64,000 bases of DNA from a virus (IMGVR_UViG_3300021400_001148:290810-354809), one strand, 5' to 3'. Numbered from the stretch's first letter, positions 51,414-60,434 are shown. A program made the numbers and translations. Notes: generated from the sequence alone by a model not told the origin.

Positions 51414-51878
51414 ATGAAAAAATTTTTGCCTCTGATATTTTTATTTACTGCAGTTTCATCCTGCGGTCTTTTCAAACATACGCCGAAAGAGCGGTATGTG
51501 GATGTTATACGTTATGTGGACAGCACCATGTGGCATGATACAACAATATACAAAGAGATACCGGTTGAGAGAATCATCAATATAATCCCGGTTGGTGACA
51601 GTAGTTTTCTTGAGACCAGTATGGCGGAAAGTAATGCGTGGGTGGATACCTTGGGGCTTCACCACACACTTAAAAACAAGGAAGGTGAGATACCGGTCAA
51701 GGTTCAATGGAAAGAGAAAGTTGTTTACAAGGACAGTATACAGGTAAAGGAAAAACTCGTACCGTACAAGGTTGTGGAGACCAAGATTCCAAAATCTTAC
51801 TGGTGGCTGCTCGGCTTCGCGATTTTGACAGTGGTCGGCTGCGGAATCAAGATAGGCATTTCCTTGAAAAAGAAATAG
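51414..51878 (+). CDS. u-spanin-like lipoprotein
   Basis: Lipobox VSSC, beta-rich middle, C-terminal TM helix followed by KKK. Confidence 0.55.
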   Translation: MKKFLPLIFLFTAVSSCGLFKHTPKERYVDVIRYVDSTMWHDTTIYKEIPVERIINIIPVGDSSFLETSMAESNAWVDTLGLHHTLKNKEGEIPVKVQWKEKVVYKDSIQVKEKLVPYKVVETKIPKSYWWLLGFAILTVVGCGIKIGISLKKK

Positions 51879-51925
51879 GTCTTTATATTTTCAAGCAATT
51901 CGTTATATTATAGAAAAACAACATT

Positions 51926-52108
51926 ATGGCTTTCAAAATAATTCTTTTTATTTTTATATTCGCTGTTCTGAACCTTCTTCGTGAGGGGTTTCTTTTCCGC
52001 AAGGCTTTGAAAGACGGCGAATCCAATATGACAACTCCAAGGAGATTTGGCCTTTGGGCTTCAATCGCATATATACTTACGATTATTATAACTGGGTTTG
52101 GAATTTAG
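51926..52108 (+). CDS. small 2-TM protein
   Basis: Two hydrophobic segments. Confidence 0.55.
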   Translation: MAFKIILFIFIFAVLNLLREGFLFRKALKDGESNMTTPRRFGLWASIAYILTIIITGFGI

Positions 52109-52109
52109 T

Positions 52110-52580
52110 ATGGCAGGAAATAAGAGTATAGGCGAAAGGATATCCGCCCTTGGAAACCTTTTCCTTGGGTTTAACATTGGAAATGCAAAGGACGGTAGTC
52201 AGGTTATATATCTGGAGGTTGCTTTTCCTGAAGGGTATGGTGTTTCCAGTTTGGTTGAAAAGAAATTCAATGTGAAGTCGGTGAAAACCCAGAAGGGACC
52301 GAATACATATTATTTTTATGCACCGTTGCTGACCGTGGGATTTGACAATGTATTTGATGCGGTCGAGTTCAATATCAAGGCAAACGAGGAGGCACAGGAA
52401 AGACGGATTTTTTTAGCCGAGAAGATAAAGGAACTGGAAAAAATCGTATCTGAGGAGCCGATGGAAAAACTTAAAACCCTTGAATTCAAGTTTATACCGA
52501 AGAGAAAAAATAAGGCGTCATCCATTCCGGCTGAAATTGAAAATAAAGAAGAAGAAAAAGAAGATGATGGCGTGGCTTAG
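52110..52580 (+). CDS. hypothetical protein
   Basis: ORF in operon. Confidence 0.6.
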   Translation: MAGNKSIGERISALGNLFLGFNIGNAKDGSQVIYLEVAFPEGYGVSSLVEKKFNVKSVKTQKGPNTYYFYAPLLTVGFDNVFDAVEFNIKANEEAQERRIFLAEKIKELEKIVSEEPMEKLKTLEFKFIPKRKNKASSIPAEIENKEEEKEDDGVA

Positions 52581-53028
52581 AGTATTGATTTATGTTTTCG
52601 CTGCTTTCGGAATATGCAATATGGTTGCGTTTGGCAGCGGCCCATTCAAAGTATTCGAAAGAATCAGGTCGTGGTCGAAAGGTATTTCCGAACACTTCGG
52701 ACTGCTTTTTACTTGCATGATGTGTTTGCCAGCGAATTTCGGGTGGATAATGTCCCTTATCGACTGGTTCCTCATACCGGCAGTGGCTTTTACACCTTTT
52801 AACATAGTGTTTGCTGGATGTGCTGGTCTGTGGTGGTTGGCGATGATTTTAGATTGCTGTTTCACGAGTGGTGTTGTATGGCTTCTGTATGTGTTCGACG
52901 AGTGGCTGGAAAGGGAGCCGGCAAATGAGTATCCGGGTGGTGAGGGTGAAGAAGTTGGGGATGAGGAGATAGTGGAAATATCTCCAATTATAGACAGAAA
53001 AACTAAAAAACAAATACTAAACGACTAA
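52564..53028 (+). CDS. membrane protein, DUF1360-like
   Basis: TM helices; FERIR...LFTCMMC. Confidence 0.5.
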   Translation: MMAWLRVLIYVFAAFGICNMVAFGSGPFKVFERIRSWSKGISEHFGLLFTCMMCLPANFGWIMSLIDWFLIPAVAFTPFNIVFAGCAGLWWLAMILDCCFTSGVVWLLYVFDEWLEREPANEYPGGEGEEVGDEEIVEISPIIDRKTKKQILND

Positions 53029-53033
53029 ATACC

Positions 53034-53279
53034 ATGAGTGAAAAAAATATCGCGCCGGACATTGCTTTTGCTGCTAAAGACAGGGACGGCCTTTCAAGGG
53101 AGGAACTCAATAACAGCGTGGAAAAATACAAGAGCGATTTTGCCAAAGAGATTTTGGGTATACAGGGAAAGGAATTGGAAGAAATCGTCAATCGTCCGGC
53201 AAAACCAGCAGTAGGAAAGTTCAAGAGATTCTGGTATAAGGTTTTAAATATACTTACCAATGATACCGAAAATAAGTGA
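53034..53279 (+). CDS. hypothetical protein
   Basis: ORF in operon. Confidence 0.55.
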   Translation: MSEKNIAPDIAFAAKDRDGLSREELNNSVEKYKSDFAKEILGIQGKELEEIVNRPAKPAVGKFKRFWYKVLNILTNDTENK

Positions 53280-53508
53280 ACTCAATGAGATTGCAGCCTT
53301 TTTCATTGAAAAGTACAAGGCTGAGAATTTATCAAATATTTCGGTTGTGTTTTCGGTGAACGCTCGCGAAATGAAAAAGGTGAATGAGGAACTTTTTTAT
53401 CGCGGCGGTGGCCAGGGAACTCCTCCTGAGATAAGTGACGAAATTATTGTGAACGGTCCGGATGGACTGCAGTTCAGGTTCGAAGAAAAAGAGGTCCCCG
53501 AGGAATAA
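53260..53508 (+). CDS. hypothetical protein
   Basis: ORF followed by a terminator hairpin. Confidence 0.55.
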   Translation: MIPKISELNEIAAFFIEKYKAENLSNISVVFSVNAREMKKVNEELFYRGGGQGTPPEISDEIIVNGPDGLQFRFEEKEVPEE

Positions 53509-53632
53509 TCCCCCGGGGGTTTTGATATTGACCGTAGTGGTTCTTGAAGAAGATGATGTGTGATGATGTGTTTTGTGTGAAACCTTTCATTTTTCACACG
53601 TTTTGCTATTTATATAGAAAAAAGACAGTTAT

Positions 53633-54988
53633 ATGGCTTCTAGCATCATTTTCATCGCCGAAGGATATGACAGTAAAACAATTACCAATCCCAGTGCGAG
53701 TTCTCAGACAATACAACTGAATGCAACAGCAACAACAACACTGACCGTTACTGATTGCGATACATCCCAGCCAATATCTGGTGCATCTGTCGGTACGACC
53801 GGCGCATACACAACAGATAGTAATGGAAAGGTTGAATTCGAGAGCTGCGACGACCTTGCGGCTTGCGCAGGAGAAAGCAATATTATTTTGAGTAATGTAA
53901 ATTCATCTGAAACCCTACCCTCTACCGGTGGTACACTTGATGTTTATGTAAAGTATTATGGGATACCCAGTTCATCGTACATTGAGCTTTCAACAACAGG
54001 ATTTTTCGACGGGCCCGAGGAAATATCACAAGTAAGAAACATTCGCCCTAGTGGAACCACTGCTACGGGTTTTCAATACAGTCCGTATACAGGTTATTCA
54101 ATGACTGCGAGTGCGAAAACTTTGTCATGTTATTCGCGTGCCGTGCCCGGCCCATATGTTGAGTCAAATGATTTAACATTTAGTCAAGGTGTCTTTGCGG
54201 CATCTACCTCAGCGCAAACATTAGCATATAATACTGCTTCCACATCCTTCGACATCAGGAATGACGATGGGATTAGACCTAATATTACTGTTTCTAGCAC
54301 AGCATGGCTTGATTTAGACGGCATACAAACCCTAGGTTCGGGGAGATATCGTGCAACATTTACTTGTTCACAGAATACAGGTTCAACTTCAAGAACCATC
54401 ACTGTTACTGTAAAACCCAGTTCCACTTCAAGCATCTCCATACCTGTCAGAATAACACAGAACGGACAATCACAGCCGACAACAAACACTTACAAAGTCA
54501 GGTATTACTTCAAATATCAAGATGAGTCTCCCTGTAACAGTGATGGTTTTGAGGTTCCAACTACGGGGATAAATGTTGACGGTTACTCATTTTATGTCAA
54601 AGGTAGCCAGAGAACTGGTTCAGGAGAATATACCGGAAGTATCGGGACGAGCAGCACATCGCTGAGTTCCTATATTGATAAGACATTTTACAGTACAGGG
54701 AGTACCTATACACCAAATATAGCAACCTCTTCCACATTAGCAAGTTTTGCTACAACTACGGCTTGCACCGGATGCGATGATGAAAGTAATGGCCGGGCAG
54801 TTTCGTTTAGGGTTGAATATTACACTGATTCGTCAATGTCAGGAACTGCGGCTACATGGAGAAGCATTATACACTTCAAACCATATGGTGATAGTAGTTG
54901 GTACTGGAGGGAATATCACACCGGGGTGCTTGACCCTAACACACAATATTATGCAAAGGTCAAGATAACTAGACTATGCGACCAATAA
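53633..54988 (+). CDS. Ser/Thr-rich Ig/BACON-like virion protein
   Basis: PISGA.V...TTDSNG motif; WL....QNTGSTSRT.TVTV...V.ITQ BACON-like; TATTTATA upstream. Confidence 0.6.
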   Translation: MASSIIFIAEGYDSKTITNPSASSQTIQLNATATTTLTVTDCDTSQPISGASVGTTGAYTTDSNGKVEFESCDDLAACAGESNIILSNVNSSETLPSTGGTLDVYVKYYGIPSSSYIELSTTGFFDGPEEISQVRNIRPSGTTATGFQYSPYTGYSMTASAKTLSCYSRAVPGPYVESNDLTFSQGVFAASTSAQTLAYNTASTSFDIRNDDGIRPNITVSSTAWLDLDGIQTLGSGRYRATFTCSQNTGSTSRTITVTVKPSSTSSISIPVRITQNGQSQPTTNTYKVRYYFKYQDESPCNSDGFEVPTTGINVDGYSFYVKGSQRTGSGEYTGSIGTSSTSLSSYIDKTFYSTGSTYTPNIATSSTLASFATTTACTGCDDESNGRAVSFRVEYYTDSSMSGTAATWRSIIHFKPYGDSSWYWREYHTGVLDPNTQYYAKVKITRLCDQ

Positions 54989-55001
54989 TAGTGAAACACA
55001 A

Positions 55002-56009
55002 TTAAATGTGTTTTAAAACCCACCCATAAAGTGCACTGTCGGAAGTGATGTTCCCCATGAACAGATACTTCCGACTTTTACAATATGTACCCAGAAGGTT
55101 GTAAAATCTTATAGCATCGGCAAAACACTTACAAGTGATAATATCGGTCTCATCGAAATCGTTACAGATGACTATTTGCCTTTTGAAAAGAAAAATTCTT
55201 TTCATATCATAGTCGGTGCGGAATTTTTGTGTGACGATGTTTTCATATATCCACATAAAAGTTTTTCTGTCCATACGCGGGTCATATCCCCTCACCGCAA
55301 AAGTCTCCTCGATTCTGGCCTCAAACTTGTCTATCATATAGAGGTTTTTGATTTTTCCCCTCATCTTGTGTTCCACGAGTCTTCCATATTGATTTCGGAA
55401 AAAACCATTGGTAAGAGTCAGTTTATCATCGGGAAATTTTTTGCGGCAGATTATGTATTCGTCCACGGACGGTTTGAGAACACCACGCGAAAAAACAAAC
55501 TTTCGTTCAAACACAACCTTTTGATTTCTTTCTTTTACCTCGGACAGTGATTCTTGCATTTTTTCATAGGTGGTGTAACTTCCGATTTTAGAAGCCTTTC
55601 CAAGGGCTTTTCCGTTGTGGGTTAGGAAAATATAATAGTACTTGCGGGCATAAGTCTTACCAATCATCCTCCTTGATGCTTTCCTCGCATTCTTGCGTTT
55701 GCGTTTTTCTATCTCATGCTGTTTTTTCTTGAGTTGCTGCCGTTTGATTTTTGCCTTTTCCCGCTGCTTTGCCCGTTCAGCCAGTTCTTCCTGATGCTTT
55801 CTTATTCTGGCTTTTTGCCTGCGAACTTTTAGAGCATTTTTCCTGCCTTTGGCTGCACGCATCGCAGCTGATTTCTTGCCACCGAGCCGCTGTAGTTCAA
55901 GAATTTCCTCGGGAGTCTTTTTCCTTGGGCCCCTTTTCTTGTGCTTTTTTTTGTACCGATATCTTTCCAGATATTCCTCCAGTTCTTTCTTTGAATAGCG
56001 GATTGGCAT
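55002..56009 (-). CDS. highly basic protein, putative nucleic-acid binding
   Basis: K/R-rich N-terminal ~115 aa plus globular C-terminus. Confidence 0.6.
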   Translation of the reverse strand: MPIRYSKKELEEYLERYRYKKKHKKRGPRKKTPEEILELQRLGGKKSAAMRAAKGRKNALKVRRQKARIRKHQEELAERAKQREKAKIKRQQLKKKQHEIEKRKRKNARKASRRMIGKTYARKYYYIFLTHNGKALGKASKIGSYTTYEKMQESLSEVKERNQKVVFERKFVFSRGVLKPSVDEYIICRKKFPDDKLTLTNGFFRNQYGRLVEHKMRGKIKNLYMIDKFEARIEETFAVRGYDPRMDRKTFMWIYENIVTQKFRTDYDMKRIFLFKRQIVICNDFDETDIITCKCFADAIRFYNLLGTYCKSRKYLFMGNITSDSALYGWVLKHI

Positions 56010-56077
56010 TAAAACTTTTTTTTTAATATAGGATTTTTTTGTATATTTGCCACAGAAAACTTTAACAATTAATAAAT

Positions 56078-56566
56078 ATGGCAAAAACATTAAGCAGTGC
56101 TAGCGAGGAGTATGTGAAACTCCTGAAGGAAGCGGTGGCTGAAACCGGTCTTGACCGAATGGGTGTGGATTTCCAGGCGTTCAACCTCATCAAGGCAAAG
56201 AATCAGGTGGTAAAGGTGATGAAGGCAAATGAAATTGCTGAACTCTTGAGCAACCGCGAGGATTTGGTTATTGTAGGAATTTATGAAGAGGCATTTGACC
56301 TCGTCGATGAACCAACTAAGAGACTTTGGCTTGAGTCCGCCCTTTCACAGGTTTCATATGATTCAGAGAAAGGACGACTCAATATTGGCGGTGAACCCAC
56401 TATTACGGTAACTCTTGGATTCTATCACAAATACAACGAAAAGGCCGTGGAACTTGCAGAACTTGAACAACTCACACTCCAGCAGATTAGAGACAAGGAA
56501 GAGGAGGAAAAAGAACGCCGCAAGGCTGAAAAGGCTGCAAGAAAGAAATTCAAAAACAATTTTTAA
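56078..56566 (+). CDS. hypothetical protein co-transcribed with clpP
   Basis: ORF after TATATTTG promoter. Confidence 0.6.
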   Translation: MAKTLSSASEEYVKLLKEAVAETGLDRMGVDFQAFNLIKAKNQVVKVMKANEIAELLSNREDLVIVGIYEEAFDLVDEPTKRLWLESALSQVSYDSEKGRLNIGGEPTITVTLGFYHKYNEKAVELAELEQLTLQQIRDKEEEEKERRKAEKAARKKFKNNF

Positions 56567-56578
56567 TACAAAAATTTT

Positions 56579-57250
56579 ATGAATAAACTTAGGGATTTTG
56601 AACTTTTTGCAAAGAGCAACGGAGTGTCTCCTTCTTTTCTGAGTGACTATATGGCTAAAGGGCCCCAGTCTTATATTAACCCCACAATTATCGAGGAACG
56701 CACGAGGAACATCACAGCAATGGATGTTTTCTCCAAACTCCTTATGAACAACATTATTTTTATAGGCGATGAAGTAGAATCCAATATGGCAAATGTCATT
56801 ACCAGCCAGTTGCTCTGGCTTGATTCGACCACTGATGAGGCTATAAAGGTTTATGTTAATTCTCCCGGTGGCTCCGTTACCGACGGCCTTGCTATCATTG
56901 ATACGATGAGGTTCGTTCATAACAAGGTTTCGACAACCTGTATCGGTATGGCGGCATCGATGGGTGCTATGATTCTTTCATCCGGAGACAAGGGTTCGAG
57001 GTATTCAATGCCCAATGCGTCTATCCTCATTCACAATCTTTCAAGTTCCACTTGGGGAAATATTGCTGATATGAAGATTGCAGTTGCTTTCTCTGACCGT
57101 TTGAGCAACATCCTCGCCGATATGCTGGCAAAGAATACTGGGCATACAATCGAGGAGATTAAGACAGCCATTGACCGTGACAACTGGATGACTCCTCAGC
57201 AGGCCGTGGATTTTGGTCTTATTGACAAGATTATTGATAAACGCAGCTAG
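56579..57250 (+). CDS. clpP: Clp protease proteolytic subunit
   Basis: YVNSPGGSV, GMAASMGA (Ser), LIH (His), DRDNWM (Asp). Confidence 0.95.
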   Translation: MNKLRDFELFAKSNGVSPSFLSDYMAKGPQSYINPTIIEERTRNITAMDVFSKLLMNNIIFIGDEVESNMANVITSQLLWLDSTTDEAIKVYVNSPGGSVTDGLAIIDTMRFVHNKVSTTCIGMAASMGAMILSSGDKGSRYSMPNASILIHNLSSSTWGNIADMKIAVAFSDRLSNILADMLAKNTGHTIEEIKTAIDRDNWMTPQQAVDFGLIDKIIDKRS

Positions 57251-57270
57251 TGAGGGTTTCCTAAAACAAG

Positions 57271-57300
57271 AAAACGCATCCTTGGTTGGGTGCGTTTTTT
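57271..57300. terminator. bidirectional terminator
   Basis: AAAACGCATCC/GGGTGCGTTTT. Confidence 0.7.
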
Positions 57301-57315
57301 CTTTATGATAATTAC

Positions 57316-57591
57316 GGGAGAAAACCACGGCTTTAGCCGTTGGGGTGAATCCCGCGTCGCAAATATACAAAATATTTCAATTTCCTCCCGGATTCTGGCG
57401 CATCTTTCTGAAGCCGGTGGATTAGTTATTGTCTGGGAAGTCCCACGACAGGGACCTGAATGCCGCCAGAAATATACTTCGTCGGGGCATCGACGAATTG
57501 GCGAGTGCCGGTAAGACCAATGACCGTGTGGTCAGTGGCGGGCACGCCTGAAGCCAAGAATCCCACGAATTCATTCGTGGGAGTATGTCAA
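57316..57591 (+). mobile_element. non-autonomous IS200/IS605-family element (internally deleted, tnpB 3' remnant)
   Basis: Follows TTAC; left hairpin CCACGGCT/AGCCGTTGG; right hairpin TCCCACGAAT/ATTCGTGGGA; ends TCAA; no target duplication. Confidence 0.85.
57444..57551 (+). pseudogene. tnpB: tnpB C-terminal remnant
   Basis: HDRDLNAARNILRRG motif (RuvC-III). Confidence 0.85.
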
Positions 57592-57731
57592 GCCGGGCGT
57601 CTGACAATTACTCGCCTTTTACTTGCTGGGTTAGTTGCCTTTGCTCCGCTGCTTCTTTTTAGGGAAGAGGCTGTTTTCTGAACGGTTTTGCCGGCATTAG
57701 TGCTCTGGTTTTGTTTACAAGCGCAAGCCAT
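57588..57731 (-). CDS. 47-aa basic protein MACACK...RRPA (below the ORF-track cutoff)
   Basis: Translated by hand; TATTTATA motif 16 nt upstream; CxC start shared with the ORF at 18444. Confidence 0.6.
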   Translation of the reverse strand: MACACKQNQSTNAGKTVQKTASSLKRSSGAKATNPASKRRVIVRRPA

Positions 57732-57820
57732 CTCTTTTGTGTTTTAATATAAATATAATTGCGCCTGAAAAATTGTGAATAGATTTATTTTTCTTATCTT
57801 TGCAAAAAAATGGAAACAAT

Positions 57821-58402
57821 ATGTTTAATTTTAGAAAGGTTTATTTAGAAAAAAAGATTAGCGATACTTTGTCCTATCCTTGTATTGTGGAGATGTTCAG
57901 GTCAGCGGAAAAATGTGGACTTTTCAAGGAATTTTCGAAGGACAATCTGCAGGCAATGGAAAGGGATAAGTTCTATTGCTTCGGTGGAAATGTGGAAAGT
58001 GTAACGAAAACCATTTCAATGGAAACAAACTATATGTTCTACAACGACTTATGTATAGTGATACAGCACTACACTGATTCATACATTGTCAGGGCACGGG
58101 TTAAGGTTCCAAATCAGCAGTGGTGCGTTGATGAAGAAAAAAACATCAATACAAACTATCTTGAGGTTTATTGCTGGTGGTCAGTGGATTGGATGGGCTT
58201 TGGCCACTTTGATACTTTTTCCGGCTACAAGCATGGTGAGTGGGACGAGGATATTTACCTTACAATATCTAAGATAAAAAAGTGTCTGGAAGAGTCGAAA
58301 GAGGAGAATATTTTTGCAAAAGTTTATACTGAAAGCAAAGAAGAGAAAAATACAATAACAATACCAGTCACAGTTAAGGCTTATGTGGAAAATAACAGAT
58401 AG
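57821..58402 (+). CDS. hypothetical protein
   Basis: After TGCGCC-N29-TATCTTTG promoter. Confidence 0.6.
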   Translation: MFNFRKVYLEKKISDTLSYPCIVEMFRSAEKCGLFKEFSKDNLQAMERDKFYCFGGNVESVTKTISMETNYMFYNDLCIVIQHYTDSYIVRARVKVPNQQWCVDEEKNINTNYLEVYCWWSVDWMGFGHFDTFSGYKHGEWDEDIYLTISKIKKCLEESKEENIFAKVYTESKEEKNTITIPVTVKAYVENNR

Positions 58403-58598
58403 TGACATTAATAAAATCCTAGAAAGACTCTCTGGCGGCACCAAGGACTATAATTGGAACTATACAGAAGATTCAATTTTCTCCTTAACCCACAGGGGAG
58501 ATGTGATTTTTACTTCCGACGATATAGAAGAATTTTATGCTTATATTTCATTTTTAACGCAATTAAAAGAATGGGAACCAGAGGAAATATCGCAGTAA
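58383..58598 (+). CDS. small hypothetical protein
   Basis: Overlapping operon. Confidence 0.5.
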   Translation: MWKITDSDINKILERLSGGTKDYNWNYTEDSIFSLTHRGDVIFTSDDIEEFYAYISFLTQLKEWEPEEISQ

Positions 58599-59188
58599 TC
58601 CTCAAGGAAGAGGATTTGAGAAAAGAAAAACTCGTATTCAATAAGGAATTGATTCCAATCAAATACGACTTGAAAACATTTTTTGCTGCCACTCACGAGC
58701 CGCTTTATATTACCAGACTCAACGGTGCTGATAGAATTTGTGTGTATGTTCAGTTTGATGCATACCCTTCCGGTGTGGGAGAGGTTCTCATGGAGCACTA
58801 TGAAACTTACGAGAAGGCCCTCAATCTTGTAGTGGGGGGAAGCGTGGAGGGCCTCTGTAGTGGTTATCAAAGTATACTTGAAAGCAGGAGAACCGACATA
58901 GCCCTCCATAGGTTTGGAGATGTGTCTGGGTTCAATGAGGAGTATTCGTATCTTTTTACGGATGGCAGATGGTGGGTAAGGTTTAATGATGTGTTCTACA
59001 GCCTCCGCTCCCGACTTGAAAATGCCGGTATTGACTGGGATGGTGTATTTAAGGTGTTTCTCCCTCTTGAAGATGTCCTTGGGAAAGGTCTGAAGGAGAG
59101 GTTCGAGAGTGTCTCCGAAATGAGTGAAGAGGAAAAGAAGAACCTTCAGTCTACAATTAAGGAATTTCAAAAGCAGAAATTGAACTAA
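58571..59188 (+). CDS. phage hypothetical protein (MGTR...D.YP..VG family)
   Basis: MGTRGNI, YVQFDAYPSGVG, EEYSYLF. Confidence 0.6.
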   Translation: MGTRGNIAVILKEEDLRKEKLVFNKELIPIKYDLKTFFAATHEPLYITRLNGADRICVYVQFDAYPSGVGEVLMEHYETYEKALNLVVGGSVEGLCSGYQSILESRRTDIALHRFGDVSGFNEEYSYLFTDGRWWVRFNDVFYSLRSRLENAGIDWDGVFKVFLPLEDVLGKGLKERFESVSEMSEEEKKNLQSTIKEFQKQKLN

Positions 59189-59299
59189 TTTTTGTATATT
59201 TGTAGTGTCATTTAGTTGGCTGGTGGAGGTGGGGGTCAAGGACTCCTGTTAACTTGAAATCGGTTGAATGTCTGATTTCAGGTTCAAAGAAAACAGGAT

Positions 59300-60178
59300 A
59301 TGGAGCGAACAAACCTGAAGATAAATGAGAATGGTTTAAAGGATATTGTTGGCCACATCACCCGGGAGGTTCTTTTTGAAACGCTTCCGAAACAAGACGC
59401 GGCCGGCAATATCTACGCCTCCCTTTTGGAAAGTAAACCTTATATCGTAAAAGAAGGCCTAATTCATTCTTATCCGATGAAGAATGTGGTTTCTGCTTTG
59501 AAATCTTTGTTTACCCTAACCACTGCGGGCAGCAAAGAAGAAGGGAATCGAATACTTTATTTTCTGGACAAGGGGCTGCATTCTTGCAACGGGTTGATTT
59601 CTCTGAACAAATACAGCGAAAATAACACAGAACGGATAGAGATAAAGGTTAGCAAAAACGACTTCAATCAGAATGATTTTGACAAATATCTTTTAAAATA
59701 CGGGTGGTTTTGCAGCATATCCCAGAGGCTGGAAGGGTATGATAACCTTGTAAGGTTTATATACGAGAAAAAATTTGATGTCGATGTCACCGACGAGGTG
59801 ATTAAAAACCAATACCTCTATCATATATGCCCGAACATATATTTGAACAAGATTAACACGGTCGGGCTTAAACCGAAAGTTTCTTCTTGGAACGCCTTTT
59901 CAAATCCAGAAAGAGTATATTTCTTTTTGAAAGAATTGTCTCACGAGGATTTTGTTTTGTGGGCTGAGAACTTCAGTTTTGGGAAGAAAGTAAACCACAC
60001 CCTGAATGACGGCTGGTCTTTGCTTAGGGTAGATGTTTCCAGTCTGACGAATAATCCTACTTTCTATCTTGACCCGAGAATGAGGAACGGTGTGTATACA
60101 ACGGATACAATTTCCCCGGAAAACATTGAAATTGTCGATTATTTGCCGGAAGAAGATATTTTTTATAAAAATTGGTGA
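59300..60178 (+). CDS. ART-fold (Tpt1/KptA-like) protein with N-terminal INE helix motif
   Basis: YLYH.....I...GLKP...RVYF...LLRVD...VYT...ISPENI. Confidence 0.55.
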   Translation: MERTNLKINENGLKDIVGHITREVLFETLPKQDAAGNIYASLLESKPYIVKEGLIHSYPMKNVVSALKSLFTLTTAGSKEEGNRILYFLDKGLHSCNGLISLNKYSENNTERIEIKVSKNDFNQNDFDKYLLKYGWFCSISQRLEGYDNLVRFIYEKKFDVDVTDEVIKNQYLYHICPNIYLNKINTVGLKPKVSSWNAFSNPERVYFFLKELSHEDFVLWAENFSFGKKVNHTLNDGWSLLRVDVSSLTNNPTFYLDPRMRNGVYTTDTISPENIEIVDYLPEEDIFYKNW

Positions 60179-60252
60179 ATTTTTCGAAAAATATTTAACT
60201 TTTTTGAAAAACATTTATATTTATCAATGAAATTGCGTAAAATAACTTTCGT

Positions 60253-60381
60253 ATGACACGGTTCAATAACATTAAAAGAAGCACATCCAAGTTTGAAGAG
60301 AAACTCGGAGGCTTATTCGTGTCAAGGAGTTATGATGCCCCACGAGCACACGAGACGCGAAGGCGAGAATTGAAGAAGTAG
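60253..60381 (+). CDS. 42-aa Arg-rich putative leader peptide
   Basis: MTRFNNIKRS...ETRRRELKK after a TATTTAT motif and before a terminator. Confidence 0.35.
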   Translation: MTRFNNIKRSTSKFEEKLGGLFVSRSYDAPRAHETRRRELKK

Positions 60382-60434
60382 ATGCAGGAACTCCCCGCAC
60401 ATAGGTTTCTAACCACTATATACATTCTTTCTTC

